From Neophaeotheca triangularis (lineage: Eukaryota): DNA of 64,000 bases. The translations under genes and the position numbers were made by a program. Position 1 is the stretch's first letter. Each line of letters starts with the position of its first letter. This document shows positions 11,940 through 23,752 of this stretch, one piece after another. Under the pieces are notes generated by a model. That model did no database searches. It worked only from the letters and a program-made list of their open reading frames with translations, and was not told the DNA's origin. Where the stretch lies: the NCBI GenBank assembly GCA_054600435.1, contig BAAIJX010000021.1, positions 310,001 to 374,000 of the forward strand. Reading direction: 5' to 3'.

Positions 11940-13800
11940 TCAAGTACGATATATACCAGCCACGTAATCGACATCTTCCCAATCGCACTCCCAAACACTA
12001 AGGATGTGAAGGCGCCATTGAGAGTTTTCGCGCGTTACTTTTGCCATGACCCGGCACATTATACCCTCTAGTCGTCCACTCAGAAACGGCTTCGAGTCCA
12101 GATCCCACAGCCTGCTCTGATCCCCTAACTCGAATGCGCCCTCGAGATGAGGCGGTTTGTCGTGATAGAGATCGTGGAAAACAAAATGTTGCCTGCGGAC
12201 CGGCTTGTCTTCCCGGTGAGAGGACACAGCCCTGGCGTAGAGCTCGATGATCATGGGCCTGCCTGCTCGGAAAGCTTGAGAGCCTGCATTGAGAGCCTCG
12301 CCTATGCGAAAACAGGTGCGCAGGACCTCTTTGTTCGATGCACCAAAGATAGGCGAGCGGTCCAGGATCGACGGAGGGAAGGAGCTCCGGACTATACGCT
12401 TGCGAGCGGTTGCTTTCGCCAAATGAAGCTGTTCTGTATATCGTTAATTAGTGACCTATAAACCGGGATGGTGATGTCAATCTTACCGAGAAGTTGAATG
12501 TCTTGCTCTGATAGGAACGCCCCGCCATAGTGGTCGTCTTGGTCGACTTCACGCTGATTTTGGTTCCTGTCTCGAAACGGTGGCGTGTCCTCACTTGAAC
12601 CCTCGGGGGACACATGCTCGACTGCGACCACACTTTCGACATCCGAGTCACAGAGATTCATGAAATCCTCGTCAGGACCCTGGAGATCATCATTGAGTCG
12701 TCGCGCATCAGACACGGCAAGCCATTCCTTCGCACAAGAATCCCATGCCTCTACAGCATCAGAGTTTGCCGGAGTTGGAAGAAGAGTCTCTTGTTGGCCG
12801 ATAGTATGCGGAGATAGAGTTACTGCTTTCGCATTGCTCTCGGCGACTTCTAACAATCGCAGAGTTTCGTCTTCGTCGCAGTCGAGAGGAAGCCCATCGT
12901 CGTAGCCGTCAATTGCATATCGATCATAAGGAGCACTCTCATCCAAGGTAGGTAAGTGGCTAGATGGCGTTTCCGAGTGACTTTTGTTCTCGTCCTGCAC
13001 ACCCGGAGTGGTAGGACATTGGCTGAGCAAAGGCCTCGTGAATTTTGCACAGTTCGAGGTCCGGATGGAAGCTTGCCTTTGGTATACAACGTAGCCATGA
13101 CCGCTGGCTTTTACCGCCGACATTGAAGTTTTTGGGCCTACATATTGTAACTCGTCAACTGATGTCGTGGGTGCATACACTGGACGCACAGCCGCTCCCA
13201 AGTGTTGAGGCTCGTTGCCATTTCGCTCTTCAGGTTGATCACAGGCGCCGGGATGAGGCGTTTCTTGCTGAAACTCCTTTGTTGAAGTACATGGAGCGAC
13301 GCGTAAACCTGGCTTGCTGCTTGGCATAACATGCGCTAGCCCATTGGACTTTTGACGCTTAGGCCTCGAGACTGCGGTAGTGGTTGCTGCCCTCTTCGCT
13401 CCTTTCCGGACCCTTCTCGCTCCCGGTACCTGAAGAGAGGAGGCGACAGTTTTCTTGTCTCCTTTCCCGGTGTTGGCAGCGGTGCGGCCCAGGTATTCCG
13501 TCACTGCCTTGTTCAGTTGTGTCTGAGCAGGTCTCGCCGTCTCGCCGATGCTCGAAACTTTGCAGACATCAACCTCATGGTGTTGCCCACTGTTGATCGG
13601 GGTGAAGCCGCTACCCGCTTGGACATCACTCGTTTGAGTAACCCTTCGCTAGGTCAGCATTGGTATGCCTGCGGCAGAGTGATTGTTGAAAAGCGAGATC
13701 GATGATGAGCCAATTATCATGAAGCTCACATCTCAGCATTCTCCGTGGCCATCTGAAGCCTCACTGCCTCCTCATCCCATCCCCTCCATGCCGCCATATC
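11940..13800 (-). CDS. Hypothetical protein: disordered N-terminus plus ~140-aa folded C-terminal domain (possible OB fold); 5' end uncertain
   Basis: ORF 12392-13504 is joined by an intron at ~12436-12487 to ORF 11940-12422 (LRTCFRIGEAL...ELYAR...QHFVFHDL...ILSVWECDWEDV). A further intron probably lies near 13670-13730. Confidence 0.75.
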
Positions 13801-14432
13801 GATGGCAGCGAACCGAGTCCGAGTAGAGGTCTGGTCAACGAGATTCAGGAAGTCATTGTGTGCCGGGAACAGCGTGGGATGTGCAAACAACTAGACTGCA
13901 AGTTCAGAGAAGAAACCTGACAGTCATCGAAAGAAGATAGTTAGGTAAGGTATTCACGAGGTTGATGCCTAAATAATAGGGCAGAGGGAAGTAGACTCGA
14001 GTCCTAGAATATCGATGTGAGAGGAAGGCACGTGCACGGAGACACCTCGGTCGTGCTTCAAGTTGCCTGGGAGCCTGGAAACAACAACGACGTCAACCGG
14101 GCTTGAGTTTGAAACTAGCCCAATCGACTGATGAGTCCACAACTGTCACTTCATCCGGGCAACAACTTGATACTGGTCACATGAACACCAATCCTCATTG
14201 AGAGAATCACAAGGAGTAAGGCAACACACCAGCTCTCCCGGCCTATAGAACTTTCTCGTGGCTGGAAGGCTGACGTTCCGGAAGTCCTCTGTTTGCTCTG
14301 CCATCGACAGCCATATCACTGGGAGCATTCCCCCCTGCGTTTTCGGCCACGCAATCTTTAAATTTCCATATTATCTCCCTCCTCCATTTGTCGGTATCCT
14401 AAGCGGGTGCTGCCGTCCAAGCCTTTGCAGCT

Positions 14433-15756
14433 ATGTTCTCAAGCTCTGTAAGGTCTGCCAACTGTCTCATATGTTCTGATAGCGCTGATATGGAACAATA
14501 GAAACCCTACTCGGCAGTGACGGTGCAAATCGATCGTTTGACCAGCGAAAATTATGAGGAGGACGACTTGAGCGGCATCGTTGACCTGATCGAAGTCATC
14601 CGTATCCAAGGGCCCGGACCAACGGAGGCGGCAAGGGCACTTCGCAAGAAGCTGTAAGTCTTATGATAGCGCTTCTGAAATGACGGAGTCAAGCTTACCA
14701 TTATGGCGTAGTAAGTACGGGAACACGCACCGTCAAGTGCGCGCACTTACCATCCTCAATGGCCTTATTGAAAACGCCGGCACGAGGTTTCAACGTGCCT
14801 TTGCTGATGAACCCCTTCTGGAGCGTCTACGTATGATGGCACGGGACGAAGCTGTGGACCCCAAAGTTCGCCAGAAATGTCAAGTACTCTTCGTCTACTG
14901 GGCGAACCAGTACAGCAAGACTGCCGGCCTCGAACGCATCGCTACTCTGTACAAGGAACTTCCAAAGAGTCAAAGGCCTGCGCAAGCGCGGAACAAAGTA
15001 CTGCAGGACACTGCGAACATGGACTCCGACAACGAAGGCCCATCGAGCCCGGCCAGGTCTCGTGCAAACTCAAGGGCTTCACCGGTACCAAGCTCGTCTC
15101 TCGCTCTCGCAGGCAACCGGCCGGACACATTTACGCACACTTCTTCTTCAATGTCATCCTCAAAGCTCTCTAAATCCAGCAAGAAGAGTAAAACCAGGGT
15201 ATTCAACCTAGAGAAGGAGAAAGACAACATCACCAAATGCCTTGCCAATTCCTCAATGGCCTCTACTAATCTCCTCAACGGACTCCAACTCATCAACCGC
15301 GAAAAGGAGCAAGTCTCGCAAAACCAAGAAATTGTTCGACGCCTCGAAACCTGCAAAGCTCTCCGAAGACAAATCTTGACTTACATCCAACTCGTCGAGT
15401 CAGACGACTGGATCGGCAGTTTAGTCAATGCCAACGACGAGCTCGTCAAAGCGCTGACAGCATATGAGATCATGGACAAGAGCCTCGATGATGACAGCGA
15501 CAGTGACGCCTGGGAGCATCTCGACACCGATGAGCCTGGCTTGGCTACGACGAGACTCGCGCACCAACAGGCCATGTCGCAGATGAAAACAGACGATGCT
15601 CCCCCGCCTAAACCGGCTCGGCCGAACAACATGTCCATGCCACCGCCACTACCAGAGCCTGCTCAGGCGGAAGACGACGATGATCCTTTTGGCGACTCGA
15701 ACGCTGCGCCTACGCCAGGTATGGAGAGGTCGGGGATGACTTGGAAGGAAGTTTAA
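14433..15756 (+). CDS. LSB5: VHS-GAT domain endocytic adaptor (Lsb5-like)
   Basis: MFSSS|KPYSAVTVQIDRL...GPTEAARALRKKL|KYGNTHRQVRALTIL; GAT region WIGSLVNANDELVKAL; DPFGD motif; introns 14448-14500 and 14654-14711. Confidence 0.88.
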
Positions 15757-16405
15757 GATTTATCCTGATGATGTGAACGATGCAATGATCATGCAACCTT
15801 GAATGGAAGGAACCTGAAGGGTCTGAGGACGGGCTTTGGCGACATTGCGGAAGGGTGGGAATTGATGTAGTATTCGATAAATATCTCACTCGGCGTGTTC
15901 CTCCTTGCTAACATGCCACATCGCACGCTCATCTCTTCAAACTTGAGAAATATCCTTAATTTGCACATCGAGTTCCGAGCACGTGACTCTTTTTCATTGA
16001 TGTCCACTCCCTACATGAGGTCCTATCTGCCACCATCCGCCCCCCGCTGTGGCGCTGGGCAAACACTCCGGGCCTGGAAATGCACCAAGACAGTGGCTGA
16101 ATGACGCAAGCTGTGCAAGCCACGAGGCCGAGGACCGCGCAGCCAAGAATAGCACCTCCAGATCAAGATCCCGGCGCAAGTCACGACTTACTTCACGATT
16201 CCTCTTATTAACCGTAATCGCGCATCCTCTACCTTACCCACAGCATCACACAGCCATCAGTGAAGGTCCTAGAAATCGAATTCAGTACGCCGACCCAATT
16301 CTTAACCCGGCAGCCAAAAATCCCTCGAGCCACGCCACTAACACCACCCAAGAACTTCAGCCAGCAGCAACCAAGCCACGCCACAGCACCATCATAGCAT
16401 CAATC

Positions 16406-16561
16406 ATGCCTCCAACTACCACCGGCACAAGCGGCGCAACCTCCTCTTCTTCCAGCGCGAGCTCGCTTTCCAAAGGCCCCATCTCGAAACCCCCGGTCAA
16501 AATGCCTTGTTGGTGTGGGGATGACTGTTCTTGTTGTATCATTCCTTGTACTGTGATGTGA
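16406..16561 (+). CDS. 51-aa Ser/Thr- and Cys-rich peptide with C-terminal CaaX box (CTVM)
   Basis: Good start context (CAATCATGCC) after a CA-rich leader; MPPTTTGTSGATSSSSSASSLSKGPISKPPVKMPCWCGDDCSCCIIPCTVM*; lies in otherwise empty space between LSB5 and RPN7. Confidence 0.65.
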   Translation: MPPTTTGTSGATSSSSSASSLSKGPISKPPVKMPCWCGDDCSCCIIPCTVM

Positions 16562-16668
16562 GCCGGAGACAGATAGGAGGACGGGCTGGGTCGGGGGAAG
16601 TGGTTTTCCGGGGAGGATGGGGGGGTGATGAGATCGGTCGAGGCAATGGGGCATGGTTGAAGGGAGGC

Positions 16669-16715
16669 CATGGGGAAGGGAGGGCATGGGGAAGGGAGGG
16701 CATGGGGAAGGGAGG
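16669..16715 (+). repeat. 16-nt tandem repeat (CATGGGGAAGGGAGGG) x3
   Basis: Read directly; G-tract rich. Confidence 0.9.
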
Positions 16716-17127
16716 ATGGGGATGCTTGCAAGGGTCAAGGGCCACGAATGGGTTTTGATGGATTCCTTAAGATTGGGATGCGTAGAGAATTGCTCATGGA
16801 TACTGGAGGAAGCTCACACGGACATGGCAGATTGCTTTTGGGTATCAGGGATTTAACTGGGCGTTCTGACGGCGTCTCGAGCACTCTGCGATACCTACTT
16901 AGTCATTTAACGCGATATGCCCGCCTTCAGTCAAGGCTCCCCTGTACAGGTTCCTCGCAATGGAATGTTGACTCTGAGATCGAGATTATGTCACTTCTAT
17001 CGCGCGTTACAAGACTTAATCGCTAATTATACAGCGCTGGGCCTGCTATTGTAGCAACGAGCTGCAAGCCGTACTGAACCTTGTAAGAGCAGCCATCCCC
17101 CCTTCCCGCCTCTTGCGAAGTATCGCA

Positions 17128-18737
17128 CTAGCTCCTCTCACTCCCCCTCAAGCGAACCACTTGACCGTACTTTTGCAGCTTGGTGATGAGCTGATCGCCT
17201 TGCTTGATCACATCATTGTACCTAGTTGACTTTGTTAGCATCACGCTCTCTTACTATGCGAGAAAGAGGAATAGACTTACTGCCTGTTCTTGTCATCACT
17301 CCTCAGCGTCTCGACTACTCCTTGCACCCTGTCAATGACGCATGGCAGCCTTTGACTCGCAATGAATGGCGCCAAATCCTTGTCCAGCCAGTCCACGCTG
17401 ACACCAAAACTCTTCGCCATGCTGTCCAAGCTCACAACCTTGTATGATTGCAGCAGCTGAGCGTATGCCCGCAACCGCATCTCCCGAACATACCAGCTCT
17501 TGTGCTCGTAAAGGTAGCGGTCGGTTGAGAGGAAGTTTTGCTCGACCGTAGCAAGCGCCTTAAAGAAGGAGCTGTAGTTGCCAGAGTATAAGGCTTGGAT
17601 CATGCTAGCGAGGGGCTTGAAGTCGACTTGAGGTTCGGCTTGTGCCTGGGCATCAGCGGAAGCCGAACCGGAGGCAAGTGTCGTAAGATTGACGGCGGTA
17701 GGCTTGGGCGTTGTTGTGGCGGGTTTCGCCTTGCCGTCTTCTTCAATGATCATCTCGTCCTGAGCCCCCGCGCCCGCCGATGCCGTACCGCCAAGTGCAG
17801 ATAGTCGGTCCTCTTCATCGCCTGAGCCAAAGATGGCGCGAATCTCTGGCGCATCTACTACCCTCGACTTGAAGTCGCGACGTGGGAGGGCGACGGCACC
17901 AACGAGCGTGGCATAAACGACGAGGCTGGAGTACGGACAGAGCTCGGTTGATGTGAAGGTGGAAAGAGAGTCGAGGAGCAGCGGGGCGGCGGTGCTATGG
18001 CTGCGGATGGTAAGGAGGTGGAGACCGTTGTAAGCCTTTAGCCTGTTGCGCCTGTCCCAATCACCGCCACTTTCCACCAGCTGCTGTGCACGCTCAACGT
18101 TCTTCTTGACTAGCATCTTGTCGTCGAAGAACATGCCTATCCGGATGATGGCCAAAACGATGTCGATCTTGGTGCCGAGTATGCTCGTCTTCTCAAATAG
18201 CTTCTCAAACTCGTCCAACGCCTTATCCTTGTCGCCGACTCTCGCGTAAAACTCAGCCCTCTTACCTTGCGCAGTCTGGATTTCTGTGTCGCCTGCCTTC
18301 TCGATGGCGTCGTCCTCTTCCTTCTGTATGGCCTCCAATTCCTTTTCGTTCTCCGCCTTCAACTCCTCGTATAGCTTCTCATCCCATCCAAAGTCCACGC
18401 TCGTGTCGACGTTACCGCCCAGAACACCAACTATGCTCGGAGCGTTGATGCTGCTCGTTCTTCTCAGCATCTGCATAGGCGATGGCGAAGTTGGATTTGT
18501 GTTTGTCCGGCTGATGGTTGGCGACATGGACCCAGACTCGCCTGGAGCGTTGAGCTTCCCTGTTTGAGGGTGTGCAAGGTAGGCGTAGAAGGGGGCCATC
18601 TTATCTTGTCGTATGGCATCCTGGAGGACTTGGAGGTTGACTTGTTTCGTAGAGGTTTCCGTCGATGGCGAGGCGATGGTGAAGACGGACTGGGCAAGGT
18701 GGAGCTTTGGGAAGGAGAGGTACTGAGGGTCTCCCAT
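17128..18737 (-). CDS. RPN7: 26S proteasome lid subunit Rpn7 (PCI domain)
   Basis: GGDWDRRNRLKAY, LLDSLSTFTS, YVREMRLRAYAQLLQSY, CVIDRVQGVVET; intron 17222-17280; last exon YNDVIKQGDQLITKLQKY. Confidence 0.96.
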
Positions 18738-19130
18738 TTTGGGTCGTACGTGTAGGGGTAGTTGAGGTTTGAGGGATGATTCGGGATGAGGGAATGTGGA
18801 TGGAAGGGAGAGGGTAAAGTAGCTTGTGGTGTTGATGCGTGCACCCTCAAGTGAGCTGCTGCTGCGTTTCTGGTGATGTGCCTGTGCCTGCAGCTCCCAG
18901 AGCCAAAAGGGAAGGTGTGGCTACTCCCGCCGCTACTCCACACCGAGCTTCGGACCCTGCAGCTCTCTCCATCGTTTGCATCTCTACCATGGACTGCATG
19001 TGCTCTTTCACTACTACCACTACTTCTCCAACCCCTACCACTTCCAGCCTTACACACTCCGTCCCTCTCTCTCTCTGAACTCACACAATAGCACCTCCAA
19101 TAACGACTTTCCTACGGATTGGTCACAACC

Positions 19131-20828
19131 ATGGCCCCTTCACCTCAAGATACCACTTCACAGCAGCCTCCAGAGCCGCACAAGAAGGGCTCTATCAAGC
19201 GCAAGAGAGAGACACCAGCTTCCCGTGCCGCCAGTAAAGCGAATAAAACCTCAAAGACCAGCACACCCAATGCCTACTCTCGTCGATCCCCTCCACGTGA
19301 AACCGAGCCGAAACCGATCAGCGACGATGAAGGTGAAAAGACTCCCCCTCGCAAACTGAAGCGTCCAGGCGGGGGCGCGCGTGTTCCGGAAGCAGCTCGT
19401 CAGGCGGCCGAACGAGACCGCAGAGAGCGTGAAGAGCAAGAGCGTCGCGCCATCTCCATGAGATCTGGAGCGAACGCCGACCTTGTCGTTCAGCACTACA
19501 ATTCCGTCCCCGAGCGTGGCCGCGATTGGCGTAGTACGCAATCTAGAATCAAGGGTCTCCGCAGTCTGAATAACTGGATCAAGAGTACACTGATACAGAA
19601 GTTCTCTCTTTCCGAGCAACAGGGCAACAAATTCACAGTACTGGACATGGCATGCGGAAAGGGTGGTGATTTAGGCAAGTGGGACAAAGCTCCTCGCAGG
19701 CCGAACTTGTACGTTGGGTGCGACATCGCCGATCAATCTATTGAGCAGGCTAGAGCTCGCGACGAAGACAACCGCAGGAGACGGAGAGGTCCTGCTCAGA
19801 TGGAGTCCCACTTTTACGTCCGCGACACCTTCAACACTTCGCTGGGCGAATTGCCGATCGTTAGGCAGGTTGGTTTCGACGATTCTGCAGGTCCTGGGAA
19901 CGGTGCGATCCAGGGACGTATGATGCCGGGAGGTTTCGATGTGGTCAGTATGATGTTTGCGCTGCACTACAGCTTTGAGAACGAGGAGTCGGCAAAGGGC
20001 ATGCTCAAAAACGTGGCGGCCTGCTTGAAGAAGGGAGGAAGATTCATCGGCTGCATGCCAAATGCCGACCTCATCAGCGCTCAGGTGAAGAAGCTTCTCA
20101 ATCAAGAGGTTGCCGGCAAGACAGCGAACGGGAAAGAGATACCTGGTGAAGGAGCAAAGTCGCCAGAGGATGACAAACATTCGGAGGAAGGAGAAGTGGA
20201 TGATTGGGATCCGGAGAAGTCGGCCGACACTAACGGTGCAGCTGCAGAGGGAGATGACGATGACGATTGGGACCCAGAGAAGCCAAGCGAGCCACAAGAG
20301 AATGCGCAGGACGACGATGACGACAATTGGGACCCAGAGAAGCCCACAGAGCCGAGCAAAGATGACACCGAGCAAACCGACAATATCAAAGAGAGTGCTG
20401 CGCAATCCACCAAAGCCGACGAGCAAAACCTCGAGCCACTAAAATGGGGCAACGAGCTCTACAGCGTCACTTTCCCTCGCCAACAGCCCCTGGTCAACAA
20501 GAACATCCCACGCAACGGTGTCTTCCGCCCTCCCTTCGGCTGGAAATATACGTTCCACCTTGAAGAAGCCGTCGACGCTCCCGAGTACGTGGTGCCGTTT
20601 GAGACTCTGCGCGCCTTGGCCGAAGACTACGGTCTCGAGCTCATGTACCGCAAGAATTTCGGCGAGGTGTACGCGGACGAGGTTGAGGATCGAGAGTTGG
20701 GTATGCTGGCTGAGAGAATGGGCGTTAGGAGCCGTGATAGGAGCATGCCGCGTGGGGGGCTGTTGGTGAGTGAGGAGGAGATGGAGATTGCCAATTTCTA
20801 TTGTGCTTTTGTCTTTTACAAGGTCTAG
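19131..20828 (+). CDS. ABD1: mRNA cap guanine-N7 methyltransferase
   Basis: LRSLNNWIKS, VLDMACGKGGDLGKW, FDVVSMMFALHYSFE, PEYVVPF, FYCAFVFYKV. Confidence 0.95.
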   Translation: MAPSPQDTTSQQPPEPHKKGSIKRKRETPASRAASKANKTSKTSTPNAYSRRSPPRETEPKPISDDEGEKTPPRKLKRPGGGARVPEAARQAAERDRREREEQERRAISMRSGANADLVVQHYNSVPERGRDWRSTQSRIKGLRSLNNWIKSTLIQKFSLSEQQGNKFTVLDMACGKGGDLGKWDKAPRRPNLYVGCDIADQSIEQARARDEDNRRRRRGPAQMESHFYVRDTFNTSLGELPIVRQVGFDDSAGPGNGAIQGRMMPGGFDVVSMMFALHYSFENEESAKGMLKNVAACLKKGGRFIGCMPNADLISAQVKKLLNQEVAGKTANGKEIPGEGAKSPEDDKHSEEGEVDDWDPEKSADTNGAAAEGDDDDDWDPEKPSEPQENAQDDDDDNWDPEKPTEPSKDDTEQTDNIKESAAQSTKADEQNLEPLKWGNELYSVTFPRQQPLVNKNIPRNGVFRPPFGWKYTFHLEEAVDAPEYVVPFETLRALAEDYGLELMYRKNFGEVYADEVEDRELGMLAERMGVRSRDRSMPRGGLLVSEEEMEIANFYCAFVFYKV

Positions 20829-21624
20829 GTGGCTATGCTACGGAGCCTTAAGAGGCAAGAGTAAGCTTACGAGCAGCGTGCTCCAGCACTGCTTGAGTTG
20901 AACCATTAAAGGTGTGGTGAAACAGAGGTAGGCAGGAGGTTTCACGACTTGCAATAGGAAGCTGCTTATTACCTTGAGAGGGTCATGAGTAGACGCTTCT
21001 AATAAGAGATAGTCTACTTTACAATTACAAGAGCCTTGATGTCTCTCATACTCTTGTCAAGGCCACAGCCTTAAGGGTGCACCACACATTGATCGCAATG
21101 TCGAGGTATGCCTGACTAGCCAGTGTCTTACTCCACCTCCTAGCGGGAACAACACTTAGCTGCCTCTCAAGCAAATCGGTCCCAGTAGCTGCTTTGGTTC
21201 GAACGACATCCTGCACCCATCCGTGTGAGCGTCCCTTTTGGAGATGAAGGATACCCGTCCAAGACGCCCCCTACCCATCCAACATCCTCCAGCACATCGC
21301 CTGCTCCCGAAACTCACTAGCAAGATCAGGTACCATACTGGTTCCTCGCAGCAGAGGCAAAGCGTCTGTTCTTCGTAATCCGCCGAGAACATTCCCAGCA
21401 CGAAAATGCCAAACCTTCGCGGGAGACGCTTGCCAAATCCCAACCAACACGGTGTGTTCCCGTCTTCTCCCAGTGGTGAACCAACGATCCGAGGTCATCT
21501 CACCACTGATTACCTTGCAGTAAAGACACGATATTCCCCCTCCAACCGGTGCTGGGCGTCGCGATTTGCAATCACCCTTGTAGACCCGATGCAAGCGCAA
21601 TAAAAGAGCAAAACCCCATAATGC

Positions 21625-23752
21625 TCAAGTCATCTGCATACCCTCACTCACGGCCGCGGTGGTAGGGTTAGCAAACCCCATTTCGAAATCGCCCGAAAAG
21701 CTCTGCCAGAAGCCCTCGTCCAGATAGCTGAAGAAATCCGCGTTGAGGCCGTCGTCTATGGCGCCGGTGAAGTTTGATGGGAAAGCGGCGGTGCCGGCGG
21801 TTTCGAGACTTGCGTGCTGGAGAGCTTGTGGGTGATGTTGCGATTGCTGCATGGCAGGGGCGACGGCCGGGTTGGTGTTGTTGTTGTTGAGAACCTGCTG
21901 TTCGCTGGGAGCGTCGAGTTGTTTGCTACTAGAGGGGAATTTGGCTTCATAGATACTCCGCATCCAGCGAATACGATGGGCCCACTTTGCGAAAGAATCA
22001 TTTCTGACGATTTCGGCGTCCGGGGCTGTATTCCCGGCGGCTTCGAATTTTGCGACGGCTTGCTCGACGCTGGTTAAGAAGTTTGTGGAGATGGCGAGGG
22101 TTTCTGCCGCGCGTGGGCCGAGGAAATCAAGGTCGAGGGAGGCAAGCTTAGTCATGGTGATGAAGGAGTGGGCGAATTGGGCGAAGATTGAGAAAGGGTA
22201 GGTGAGCGTGCGGTGGGTGGGGAGGGCGAAAAAGGCGGTGTTGAAAGCTGTGATGGCGTTGCTGCTGGCGTGGAGCGCTTCAAGGTGGGTATGGTGGTTT
22301 GCGAGGGCGGGACCAGGAGGATCGGGGGAGAGGGCTAGTTCGTGGATTAGGATTTCGGCGCTTAGGACTTGCAGTTGGAGTTGATGTTCTTGGGGGCTTT
22401 TGTAGGGGATACTGGGCCTCAGGGCGGCGAGCTCTTGCTTGAGGAGTTGAATGTGGAGATGCATTGGCGCGTGAGTTGCTTCCATGCTTTCCACCCTTTC
22501 CGCCAAGTGTTGGATACGGACTAGCTGTACTAGTAGAAGATCGCTTTCGTACTCATGCGCTTCCTCCAGAGTCTGGAGGGCGCTTTCAAGGAACTTGGTG
22601 TACTTGAGTGGTTCTGCCGTGCGCTCGAAGGTGACCGAAAACGTTGAGGACTGATAAAAGACACCTGCAACAGCCCGGTGCTCGTTGAGAGTCTGTTTCC
22701 GTGCGGCTATGTTGTCTGTGGTGGCTCTGGAAGATTCCAAGGCACTCTTGTCCGTGCCAGCCTCGGTTCGTAGATCACATTGGGCTTGTTCGTGCTTTAA
22801 ACATGACCCAGGTTCTCTATTGAGCCCGAGAGCACTCACTAGGGACGTTGCCAGGCCTGTAAGATTCGCCAGCTGCATCTTGGAAAAAGCATGCGAGTGA
22901 AAGAACGCGATGGCCACGACTAGGCCCTGGATGATGTCGATGGTCTTTTCTGAGTTGATCAGTACTCGCTCGCTGACGTCTCGCATGAAGGACAGCAGCA
23001 TATCTGCTTGCTTTGCCCAGTCGTGATAATAAGCAAAGACAACTATCGCATGAAGTAGGAAAGGCCGCTTTTGTCTCATGTCAAAGGCGGTTTCTTCGGA
23101 TCCTATCAGGACGAACGGACAACCAGGGGCCATGTATCGACGATAACGATCGAGTAGCATCTCCGCCTCATCGAACGATGCATCCAAATGTCGATCGAAC
23201 GGCGCTGCTTCTACGTGGCAGCTCGGAGATGCAAGCCCACTGTATGAAGCCGTAGATGCGCTGTTGGAAGCTGGTACGGATTCATGATCGCGGCGTTGAA
23301 TGACTTCTCGGGATTGTATACTGTTCTGGTCGCTAGCAGTGACTGATACTGGTGGCGAGAGTTGACCATTGGCATCGCTGAATTGTTTTCTCCCTTGCGT
23401 CGCCGAGAGGGCGTTTACCAATGTCTCGAGCTTGTTCTCGAGCTGTTCGAGCTGTGCGGTCCGCCTGGTACATTGTCAGGAAGGGATATATAAAGCCAAA
23501 TGGTCCGATACTCACGAGGCCTTGGTAGTCCTGCGGCGTCGTTGGACCGGTGGTCTCATATGGCACTCCTTGTCGAGCCGGAAGCATCTATCGTTGTCAG
23601 ACAGACTCGCAATCGTCCTCGATACACTACATTCCGTCCTACCTCTCACACGGTCGGCCCTGTAACGTGACAACGCACTTGGCTTTGGCCCTGGCGCAAA
23701 TCACACAAGATTTCACGGTAGACCGGAGCGGGGGGACGTCGTTGGACTGCAT
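21625..23752 (-). CDS. Zn(II)2Cys6 transcription factor (3 exons)
   Basis: Spliced N-terminus SCVICARAKAKCVVTLQGRPCER|CFRLDKEC, followed by a fungal TF middle-homology-type region and an acidic C-terminal tail. Confidence 0.9.

Noticed and set aside
14126..14140. CTGATGAG resembling a hammerhead core or C box
   Set aside because: No stem II-GAAA or paired D box with a terminal stem was found.
15763..15830. TGATGA...CTGA box C/D-like pair
   Set aside because: It lies immediately after the LSB5 stop codon, has only a 3-bp stem, and no rRNA guide was recognised.
16049..16405. N-terminal extension of the CaaX ORF to 170 aa
   Set aside because: It starts at a non-ATG codon and looks like a CA-rich 5' UTR; ATG 16406 has the better context.
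21156..21603. Short overlapping ORFs between ABD1 and the Zn2Cys6 gene
   Set aside because: No recognisable motifs or consistent frame.
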